Shown here: positions 10,701-22,700 of the stretch, in pieces
Position numbering within the stretch: position 1 is the stretch's first letter
How the letters are laid out: each line of letters opens with the position of its first letter
Origin: Malacoraja senta
Lineage: Eukaryota
Assembly: GCA_038087875.1 (NCBI GenBank)
Contig: CM075981.1
Span: forward strand, 1,674,001 to 1,738,000
DNA: 64,000 nucleotides
Direction: 5' to 3'
The notes under the pieces: model-generated
Seen by the model: only the letters and a program-made list of their open reading frames with translations
What the model was told of the DNA's origin: nothing
Databases searched by the model: none
Position numbers and translations under genes: made by a program

Positions 10701-13700
10701 GGGGTATGGGGAAAGGCAGGAACGGGGTACTGATTGTGGATGATCAGCCATGAACACATTGAATAGCGGTGCTGGCTCGAAGGGCTGTATGGCCTACACC
10801 TGCACCTATTGCCTATGTATCTATGTATCTCTTTATCTATGTCTGTATCTACAGTTCCTTGTGTCTCCACCTCTGATATTGAAAAGCAAGACCAATCAAA
10901 TATTCAGCAAGAGAACACTATACCCGTTAGAGTAACTGGGCGCAGTGGTTTCCTGCTGATTGTTATCGGGTGTTACATTTGTATTTGAAGTGAACCCTAC
11001 TGATGTTAACGACTCACGAATAGATTTAGGTTCTGTTGAGATAAGGAAATAAAAGACAATTAAAGATAGACAAAAAAATGCTGGATTAACTCAGCGAGAC
11101 AGGCAGCATCGCTGGAGAGAATGAATGGGTAACGTTTCGGGTCTGAGCATGGGTCTCGACCCGAAACGTCAGAGCGAGAGAGTTAGATGGAGCTCTAAAA
11201 GATAGCGGCGCTATGGGATATGGTGAGAAGGTAGGAACGGGGTACTGATTGTGGATAATCAGCCATGATCATAGTGAATGTCGGTGCTGGCTCGAAGGGC
11301 CGAATGGCCTACTCCTACCACTGTTGTCTCTTATCTCTTGACCAGCTTTATTGTAACCCGTCTGTCCTCCGTTCTCAGTCAGGGCTATGTAAAAGCAGTG
11401 GCGGCGGTGAATGCCTAAACACGGGTCCGGCCCAGTGTCTGTTGAGAGATGAATGTTGGCAGCGTAGCCGGCGGCACCGCCAATGAAATAGCAAAGTGAG
11501 GTATTTCTGCAGGGTGAGAGGCCGGGCACCGCCTGGGATTGTTGAAAGGCAGCTCCTGCAACACTGCCGCGCTCCCTCAGTACCGCACTGCGATCCCAGC
11601 CCAGTTTCTGTTCAGGGATCTGGAGTAGGAAGTGAACCCTAATTGTACTGACCCGGCGACAGAACACTGACACAACAGGTACAATAACAGCACTGGCTGC
11701 ACTTCAGACCGGAGACATTGGCCGTGAAGCAATATGACACATCGTGGAACGATTTAAGTTTTCTTTCATGTAATCTTCAAAATGTATCTATTTCCATTAA
11801 ACAGTTCATTTGCTCTCCATCTGAAAGTTTCTCCCCTCCATTTCAGCTGCAGTGTGGGGAGAGACGTATGTAAGAGGAGTTGTGGCAAGAGCGATCACAA
11901 TCGATTGCCACTATGCAGCAGAGTACCGCTCACACACAAAATACTGGTGCCGTGTGCAGAGTCGCCAATGTACGGATGTGGTGGACACAAATGGGCAACA
12001 AGGACGGAGTGGAAGAGTGTCAATCACCGATAACCCGGCACGAGGAATATTTACTTTGACTGTGGAGGATCTTCACTCTGGAGATACAGGATGGTACAGG
12101 TGTGGAATTACTACATCTAACGGCCGTCCAATGTTAAACGTAGAACTCCAAGTATCTGACGGTACGTTTCGCAGCGATTGACTTGTCGTCTCCACTGAAG
12201 TGCCTGATCAATGTTTTCTCCGGGAATGGTCAGGGCAGCACCGATATCCCGAGGCTCGGCAGCAGTGCAGAGACCTGTGGGGAGCGGGCGGGGGTCGGGA
12301 AACCGCACTCATTTTGCTCTCACCCTGTGCGGGGTCTGCCCCATTGAGCGGCCACCCACTTAGAAACATAGAAACATAGAAAATAGGTGCAGGAGGAGGC
12401 CATTCGGCCCTTCGAGCCAGCACCGCCATTCATTGCCATCATGGCTGATCGTCCCCAATCAATAACCTATGCCTGCCTTCTCCCCATATCCCTTGATTAC
12501 ACTACACCCTGGAGCTCTATCTGACTCTCTCTTAAATCCATCCAGTGATTTGGCCTCCACTGTCCTCTGTGGTAGTGAATGCCACAAATTCACAACTCTC
12601 TGGGTGAAAACGTTTTTTCTCACCTCTGCCTTAAATGGCCTCCCCTTTATTCTAAGACTGTGGCCCCTGGTTCTGGACTCGCCCAACATTGGGAACACTT
12701 TTCCTGCATCTAGCTTGTCTAGTTCTTTTATAATTGTATGTCTTTCTATAAGATCCCCTCTCATCCTTCTAAACTCCAGTGAATACAAGCCTAGTCTTTT
12801 CAATCTCTCCTCATAAGACAGACCCGCCATCCCAGGGATCAATCTCGTGAACCTATGCTGCACTGCCTCAATCACAAGGATGTCCTTCCACAATTAGGAG
12901 ACCAAAACTGTACGCAATACTCCAGATATGGTCTTTCCAGAGCCCTATACAACTGCAGAAGAACCTCTCTACTATATTGAAATCCTCTTGTTATGAAGGC
13001 CAAAATTCCATTAGCTTTCTTCACTGCCTGCTGTACCTGCAAGCCAACTTTCAGTGACCAGTGCACAAGGAAACCCAGGTCTCGCTGCGCCACCCCCTTA
13101 CCTAACCTAACCCCGTTGTGATAATAATCTGCCGCCTTGTTTTTGCCACCAAAGTGGATAACCTCACATTTATCTATATTATACTTCCACGCATCTGCCC
13201 ACTCACTCAACCTGTCCTGGTCACCCTGCAACCTCCTAACATCCTCTTCACAGTTCACACTGCCATCCAGCTTTGTGTCATCCGCAAACTTGCTAGTGTT
13301 GCTCCTAATTCCCTCTTCCAAATCATTAATATATATGGTAAACAGTTGCGGCCCCAACACCGAGCCTTGCGGCACTCCACTCGCCACTGCCTGCCATTCT
13401 GAAAAGGACCCGTTCACTCCTACTCTTTACTTCCTGTCTGCCAACCAATTTTCTATCCACGTCAACACCCTACTCCCAATACCAATCGCTCTAATTTAAG
13501 TCACCAGTCTCTCGGGCGGGTCCTTATCAAAGGCTTTCTGAAAGTCTAGATATACTATATCCACTGGCACCACTTCATCCATTTTACTTGTCACATCTTC
13601 AAAAAATCCAGAAGATTAGTCAAGCATGATTTTCATAAATCCATGCTGACTTGGACTAATCCTTTTACTGTTATCGAAATGCCCCATTATTACCTCTTTA

Positions 13701-16700
13701 ATAATTGACACCAGCATCTTTCCCACCACCAAAGTCAGGCTCACTGGTCTATAATTCCCCGTTTTTTCTATCGCTCCTTTTTTGAAAAGTGGAATTTAAC
13801 TTCTCATTCACTTCACTTTTCACTTAAAGTGGAATGCTCAGCACATTTCCCTTCCTCTGAACTGTATGAAATGTCACCCTGTCAGAAGTTTGCATTTCGA
13901 CTCAAACTAATAATCCGACAGATCAGTGAGAAACAAGTGTTGCTCGCGGTCTGAATACCCCGAGAGTTTAAAAAAACAGTCCCCAGAGCTCAATAGACTG
14001 CGATCAGTCCTCCCGTGGTAGGCCATCCCGCTTCCCGCCCCCACCTCAGGGATCAGTCATTCCCTCCCAAACCCCGCGCTCTCTCTCTCTCCCTCTGCCC
14101 CATCAATGCGCCCCCATCTCCAGCAGCCAACGTCCACCCACCGCCCGGCAGTCAGCCAATCTCTCCACCCGGACATTTCTCCGGTGTTAAGCAGAATAAA
14201 CTCATCTTTCACCCCATCAGCCGTCGCACACAACACATAATCCTCCAACATTTTCGCCACCTCCAACGGGATCCCACTACTAGACACATCTTTCCATCTC
14301 CACCGCTTTCTGCTTTCCGAAGAGACCGTTCCTTCCGTAACTCCCTGGTCAACGTCCATCCCCCCCCCACCCCAAAAAAAACCCCATCCCCTCCCCAAGT
14401 ACCGTCCCCGACAACTGCAGGAGATAGATCACCTGTCTCGATACCTCCTACCTCTACTCCGTCCAAGGTCTCCAACAATCTTTTCGGGTGAGGATTGACC
14501 AGCATCTCCTCCAAGCTCACCTACTACATCCGCTGTTCCAGGTGTGAACTACTATATATCGGCTAGACCAAGCGCAGACTCGTCGATCGTTTCGCTGAAT
14601 AACTCCGCTCAGTCTGCTTCGGCCGACGCTACTTCCCGATTGCTAAACACTTTAATTCCCCCTCCCATCCCCAAACTCAACTTTCTGTCCTGGACCTCCT
14701 CCACTATCCAACGTAAATAGGAGGAAAAGCACCTGGGAAACTTACAACCCATCGGTTTGAATATTGACTTCTCTAACTTCAAGGAACCCTTGCTTTACTC
14801 CTGTCCCCAACCCGCCACCATCCTAGCTCTCCAATTAGTTGCACAGTCAAACTGATTTTCTTTTACTTATTGTATGCCTCGTTGTCACCTTCCCTTCAGC
14901 TCACAATGATCCATTGTCCATTTTCTTTTCACCTTTGATCACTTGTTTTCACACCTTACCTTTCCATTTATCTTCTGTCTCCCTGTCCCATGATTCTCAG
15001 GCTGAAGATGGGTCTCGACAGGAAACGTCACCCATTCCGTCTTTCGAGAGATGCTGCCTGCTCCGTTGCGTTACTCCAGAATTTTGTGTCTATCTTAAAG
15101 GGATCGTAAATTCGTTTTCCACAGCAGAGATGGTTAAGTATGTGTAGACATGTAAAGGGGGAAATGGAACTCGGTGCATTGTGGTGATGGATCTGAAATC
15201 ACACTTGAATATCTACACAATGTTCGTAGTTTAACCACTGTTGACACATGGTCGAATTGCATCCTGATGATAAATGAAAGGCTTAAAATAGCGAATGAAT
15301 TTGAAGCAGATACTGCAAGACACCTGGACCGAAGGCGAGAGGTTCCAACGTCATCAGGAAGTTAATTCTACACTTTTAAAATGTGTTTACCAAGGAGGTG
15401 GAAGTCAGGATTGTGGACTCGTTGTGTCAGTTCAAACATTCCCAGCATTTGTCCGGCTCAACTCTGTCGCAAACCCAACAATTCCCCGGTGTCTGAGACT
15501 GAACCACTGTCCTCGCTCTATCCACCCACCCCAACTCTTTCTCCATCATCTCTCCAATCCGCGGCCCAGTCGTGCTGAATTGTCCAGGGCGAGCCGGGGT
15601 CATCGGGAATAAAACCTGTCCCAGATGAGCAGCGGGACATTGGGCTCACAATTCAGTTTAGTTTATTGTCACGAGTACCGAGGTACAGTGAATCTGGCGG
15701 TGTGTGTTTTCACGCTAGTAGCGCTCTCCAGCAAGGGACCCGCTTTATTTTAACCGGTCCGTACTCTGTCTTCAGTCAGGGCGTTGTAAAGACAGTGGCT
15801 GCGGTGAATTTCTAAACACGGGTCCGGCCCAGTGTCGGTTGAGAGATGAATGCTGGCAGCGCCGACACTGAAATAGCAAAGTGGGGTATTTCTGTGGGTT
15901 GAGAGGCCGGGCACCGCCTGGGATTGTTGAAAGGCAGCTCCTGCAACACTGCCGCGCTCCCTCAGTACCGCACTGCGATCCCAGCCCAGTTTCTGCGCAG
16001 GGATCTGGAGTGGGAAGTGAACCCTAATGGTACTGACCCGGGGACAGAACACTGACACAACTGGTACAATAACAGCACTGCCTGCACTTCAGACCGGAGA
16101 CATTGGCCGTGAAGCAAAATGACACATCATGGAACGATTATGTTTTTCATGTAATCTTCAAAATGTATATATTTCCATTAAACAGTTCATTTGCTCTCCA
16201 TCTGAAAGTTTTTCCCCTCCCTTTCAGCTGCAGTGTGGGGAGAGAGGAATTTAACAGGAGTTGTGGGAAGAGCCATCACAATCGATTGTCACTATGCAGC
16301 AGAGTTCCGCTCACAGGCTAAATACTGGTGCCGTGGGCAGAGTCGCCAATGTACAGATATGGTGGAAACAAATGGGCAACACGGACGGAGTGGAAGAGTG
16401 TCAATCACCGATATACCGGCACTAAGAATATTTACTATGACTGTGGAAGATCTTCACTCTGGAGATACAGGATGGTACAGCTGTGGAATCACAGCACCTG
16501 CCGACCATTCAATGTTTAACGTATATCTCCAAGTATCTGACGGTACGTTTCGCAGCGATTGACTTAATGTCTCCACTGAAAAGCTTGATCCATGTTTTCT
16601 CCGGGAAGGGTCAGGGCAGCACCGATATCTCGAGGCTCCGCAGCAGTGCAGAGGCCTGCGGGGAGCGGGCGAGGGTCGGGAAACCCCACTCATGTTTGCT

Positions 16701-19700
16701 CTCACCCAGTGCGGGCTCTGTCCCATTGAGCGGCCACCCACTTCAAGACACTCAACACATTACCCTGCCTCTGAATTGTATGAAATATCACCCTGTCAGA
16801 GGTTTGCATTCCGACAAACTAATAACCCGACAGATCAGTGAGAAACAAGTGTTGCTCGCCGTCTGAATACCCGGAGAATCATAAACAGGGAATCAGTCCC
16901 CAGAGCTCCACAGACTGCGTTCAGTCCCCAGGTACCTTCCCCTACAACTGCAGGAGATGCAACACCAGTCACTATATATCCCCCCCTTTACTCCATCCAT
17001 GGGCCTCAACAGTCTTTTCGGGTGAGGCAGACGTTCACTTGCATCTCCTCTAACCTCATCTACTCTATCCGCTGTTCCAGGTGTGAACAAGCGGATATAG
17101 TAGATGGGAGACCAAGCGCAGACTCGGCGATCGTTTCGCTGAACAACTCCGCTCAGTCTGCCTCGGCCTACGCTACATCCCGATTGCTAAACACTTTTAT
17201 TCCCCCTCCCATTCCCAAACTGAACTTTCCGTCCTGGACCTCCTCCAGTGCCAGAGTGAGGCCAAAGGCAAATTGGAAAATCAGCGCCTCATATTTCGCT
17301 TGGGCAGCTTACAACCCAGCGGTTTGAATATTGACATCTCTAACTTCAAGTAACCCTTGCTTTACTCCTTTCCATCCCGCCCCCATCCGAAACCTCCAAT
17401 TAGATTCACCTGATAATATTTTACTGATTGTATGCCTCGTTGTCACCTTCCCTTCAGCTGACAATGATTCATTCTACATTTCCCTTTAACATTGTCACCT
17501 TTGATCACTTGTTTTAACATCTTACCCTTCCATTTCTCTTCTGTCACCCAGAACATGACTGTCAGGCTGGAGAAGGGTCTCGATCCGAAACTTCACCCAC
17601 TCCTTCTCTCGAGAGATGCTGCCTGCTCCGCTGAGTTCCCCCAGTATTTTGTGTCTCTCTTAAAGCGATCGTAATTAGTTTTCGCGATTAAATTACAAGG
17701 CATTGAATTGTGTTTTTGGCACGCTGGTCTTCATCAGTGAGAACATTCAGAATATAATTTGAGATAATATGCTTCAGACGTGCAGATGTTCAGTCCACAC
17801 TTTGGGAATTGTGTTCAGCTTCAGTCACTCAGCTCCAAGAAAAGTTGAGATGGACAGCGTGCAGAAAGGTTTAAGGGCGACGTTGCCTGGACAGGATGGG
17901 ATTGACGCAGGGAGCGATTGGACAAACTCAGACTTCATTCCTTAGTGTGGAAATGATTGAGAGAGGAACTTATAGAAATGTATCAATCACGAGAAGCATG
18001 TTCATTTTCCCACGATGTGTGGAATCAAAAAGTGGAGGACAGAGGTAATGGGAACTATTTAAAGAGGGAGGAATAGTAAGGTGCAATTGACCATAATGTC
18101 ATGTTTTGTACAGATGAGTGGCCGAAGCTGAACACAATTCGCACAAGTTCGACCTCAACAACATATGTACAACTGAAACATAACATCCCAACATATGTTC
18201 TGAGGAACAACATTTTCCACACATTGGGTAATATGTACATGGAACCTGCTGCCAGGGGAAGTTGTTGAGGCAGTTAGAATAGCAGCATTTAAAATAAATT
18301 TTGGATATTTGCGTAGATTGGGATCATTGCGAGTGATAAATGAGAAACGCGGACATATGGAAATGTCATAGAAAGACATGTTGGTCGGCATTAATGAGCT
18401 GTTGTGATGGGCATCTTTCGGTTCTCTATAACTCTAACCTTCTTCGGTTTCTGCGCTTCGCACACTCCCAGAGATGTAGATGAGCCGGTGAGGTATCAAC
18501 CGGACGGTTCGGGCTGAGATAAAGTGCTGCTGAGATTTAGCAAGTGTTTGGTTTTTAACAATTCATACAGGTGACTGAATATTTGCTCCATTCCCACAGA
18601 ACCCATTTCTGCTCCTGTGCTCAGTTATCTGTCAGCAGCAAATGCCTCACGTCTTGGAGGCTCAGTGTCAGTGTCCTGTGAGTCTCTCCGTGGATCCCTT
18701 CCCATCCATTACACGTGGTTTGAGAAGAAGGAGCATCGGGTGTCAACGATCTTGAAAGGCAATCAACTGGATCTGAGTTGTGACATCCTCAGAGGTGAAC
18801 ACCTTCGATATTACTGCACAGCCGCAAATAATCGTGGGACAAAACCCAGTGAAATAGTCAAGGTGAAAGTCTTCAAAGGAGCAGGAACGTGCAGTTATGT
18901 GACAGAAATGAACAATGCAGGTGAGTGTTCCTCTCGTGTCCCTGAACCTGCTGCTATTCACCTTGTGGTGATGTTCATGGATTTCTTGTTATTTGCAGAC
19001 GGCATCATTGCAGCCACCGTGAGCTCATGCTGTAAAATGCGAGAGTTTGTTTGGGGGACTGGCAAATAATTGCCCGTAGCTTCCACCATGGAGGTGTTGC
19101 GCAATTTCAGCAAAGGAGAGAAAGACATGCACTTGTCACAAAGGGTTGAGTGCACTCCATCAAATTTCTGCCTTCTGCCTTAAAAAATGCCGCTTGGCTG
19201 CCGCTTAAGGTCTCACAGTCACTTTGAGACATTGAAAGCAACCAAATGCATCCTGTTTGGATCCGCCATCATTTACAATCAAGGATGTGAGACCAAGCGG
19301 AGGCTTGGCGATCGTTTCGCCGAACACCTCCGGTCGGTCCGCAATAACCAACCTGAACTCCCGGTGGCTCAGCACTTCAACTCCCCCTCCCATTCCGTAT
19401 CTGACCTCTCTGCCCTGGGTCTCCTCCATGGCCACAGCGAGCAACGCCGTAAATTGGAGGAAATGCACCTCATATTCCGCTTGGGCAGTCTACATCCTGG
19501 TGGCCTGAACGTTGAATTCTCCCAATTCTGCTAGCCCTGGCTGTCCCCTCCCCTTCATCAGCCATCTGGTTGTCTCCTCCCCTCCCCCAGCCCTCGGGCT
19601 CCTCCTCCGCCTTTTCCTTTTTTCCTTTCTTCTCCCCACCCCCTATCAGTCTGAAGAAGGGTTTCGGCCCGAAACGTTACCTATTTCCTTCGCTCCATAG

Positions 19701-22700
19701 ATGCTGCTGCACCCGCTGAGTTTCTCCAGCATTTTTGTGTACCTATGTACAATTTCATGATCATGTTCATGATTTTAACTGTTAATTTGTGTTAAACTCC
19801 AGTAATATCACTAAATTAAATTGTAATCTACTTGGCCGTCACTCCATCAAGTATAACCCTTACTTTTGTCAAAGAGAATTTTGAAATGAACTCCCAGTAG
19901 TCGTGGAGACGTTCAGATTGGAAGTCCAGAATAGAGTGTGAATGGTTTACATCAGACAGACCAAGCTTATACAATGCCAGCGTTTCTTAAACTATTTCAG
20001 TGCCATTCACCCTTGAGTCTTTATTACAAGATTTAATTCACCCTCCACTAAATATTCTTATGTTTTTTTGGTTATTATCATCTTATTTTCACGTGTGCAT
20101 AATTTTATATATAATTTATTTTGTCACATGAGCAAAAAACATGAATTAACTCATTCACCCCAAAATAATTTCATTCGCCCTTGGGTAAACCATTCATCAG
20201 TTTAAGAAGCACTGGCCGAGGCTACAATTTCGCCGAACACTTGTGTTTGGTCTGTCATGACCCAGAGTCGTACTTGATAGACACCCCGTTGATGCAGAGC
20301 AGCAGCAGTTTGCACCATCTGCACGATGCACTGCAGCAACTCACCAAGACTCCCAAGACATTACCTTCCAATTGCAACAGGCTCCGTGTTCAATGCATCA
20401 TTAGTCACCATTCACACCCACATTGGCTGGGAAGCGCTTTGGAACGATGTGCAGATGGTGAGGGACGGTGTACAGTATCTGTCTCTCATCGCAATCTAGG
20501 TGGAATTCAACAGAGTTAAGAAAATCATTGGGCGGACTCCCCTGTATATATTGATGTATACTATAATGTATATGTTTGTGAAAGACTAATTTTGCTCTTC
20601 AATCTATGAAAGAATTTCCTTCAGTTTCAGGTGCACTGTGGGCAGAGGGCGAAGTACGAGGGGTTGTGGGAAGAGCGATCTCAATCGATTGTCACTATGC
20701 AGCAGTGTACCGCTCACACACAAAATGCTGGTGCCCTGGGACAAGTCGCCAATGTACACATATAGTGGAAACAAATGGGAAACATGGACAGAGCGGAAGA
20801 GTGTCAATCACAGATAACCCGGCACGAGGAATATTTACTGTGACTGTGGAGGATCTTCACTCTGGAGTTACAGGATGGTACAGATGTGGAATTATTACAC
20901 CTGGCGAACCAACATTTAAAGTACATCTCCAAGTATCTGAAGGTAGGTTTCTCAGTGAGTGACTTCATGTCTCGACTTTGGCATCTGCATAAAACATTTG
21001 TTGGGTCACATATGGGAGCCTGGTGCACAGTTCTGGTCGCCGCTTTATAAAACAAAAGATGTGAAAGGTTTGGAGAGGTTACAGAAAAATGTCACCGGGA
21101 TATTTAGTTGTAGTTTACAAATGCAACATGGAAACGGATCCTTCGGCCCACCGAGTCCACACCGACTAGCGATCACCGGTCACACTAGTTCTATGTTATT
21201 CCACTTTCCCATTCGCTCCCTACACACAATTCTACAATACCGCCATTCACACACCTCATTAGTGCAACATTATCACTATCAACAATTGTATACAAGGAAA
21301 TTTAAAAGTTGTTGATAATGATACTGTTGCACTAATGAAGTGTTTGAATGTTGGTATTGTAGAATTGTGGCAGAGTTTCAGATTAAAAGAAGATTAACTG
21401 CAGATGCTGGAAATATAAAACAAAGACAGATGGTGCTGCTGTGTATTGGTGCAGTGGCAGACATGGTAGTTCTGCCAGCTGGGTGGATGGAGAGACACAG
21501 AGATGTTCAAATCTGTTAAATTGTGAGGAGAAGGTACAGGGAAGACTTACAAGGATGTTGCGAGGGATTGAGCAGATTAGGACTTTATTTCTTGGAGCAC
21601 AAGAGGATGAGGGATGATCTTATGGCAGGTAAAAAATAATGCGAGGAATAGATCGAGTTAATACACAGCCTTTTGCTCAGAGTAGGGGAATCGAGAACCG
21701 GAGGACATGGTTTTAATATGAGGGGGGAATGATTTAACAGGAACCTGGGGAGTAACGTTTTTACACAATGGTTGGTAGGCACATGAAACGAACTGCCGAC
21801 AGAAGTAGTTATGGCAGGTACTATCGTAACATTTAATAAAATATTGGACATGTACATGAATATGATATGTTTAGTGGGTTAAGGGCCAAGAAAGGGCAGG
21901 TGGAACTAGTGTAGATTGGGCGTGTTGGTCAGCGAGGGCAAGTTAGACCGAAGGGCCGGTTTCTATGCTGTATGACTCTATGATTCTATGTAGATGGATG
22001 GGTCAGATTCCAAAATGGCGGCTCTGGCTAAGATACATGGTGGATATTGGCGAGTGTTTGATTTTCAGATGTTCACTCAGTTGTCTGACTGTTTGCTCCT
22101 TTCCCACAGACCCCGTGTCTGTTCCTGTGCTTGGCTTTCTGTCACCAGCCAATGTCTCCTGTCTCGGGGGCTCAGTGACAGTGTCCTGTGAGTCGGTCAG
22201 TGGATCCCTTCCCATTAGCTACACATGGTATGAAAAGACCCCATCTGTGGATTCAAAGATCTCAGACCAAAATGCCCTGGATCTGCATTGTCAATCATTC
22301 AAACACCAGCACCATCAATATTATTGCACAGCCTCCAATAATAATGGAACAAAATCCAGTGAAATGGTCAATGTGTCCATCTCCAGCAGTGACGTGCCCT
22401 GCAGTTTTCTAGTGAAAATCAACGGCACTGGTAAGTAGTGGGGGGAATGAGGAGAAGAAGGGGAAGTGCGGGTGGGGGTTTCATCAGATTACAAGTGATA
22501 GAAGCAGAAATAGACCATTCAATCATGGCTGATCTATCTTCCCCATTCTCCTGCTTTCTCCTCATAACGTCCGTCACCCTGAAATCCCTGCACGTTATTT
22601 AATTAATTTATCAAGATTAATATATGGAATTATGGCTCATTTGTCAGTACTTGGTTGTTGGGCTCCAGAAATAGAATTCCTAGTGCTGGTGTAGGCTAAC

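Noticed and set aside
9344-20942. V exons as RAG-rearranging V segments (Ig/TCR/NAR-like)
   Set aside because: Each V exon ends in a GT splice donor and includes its own G strand; I saw no heptamer-spacer-nonamer RSS beside them, and the CACAGTG hits lie in SINEs or unrelated intron DNA.
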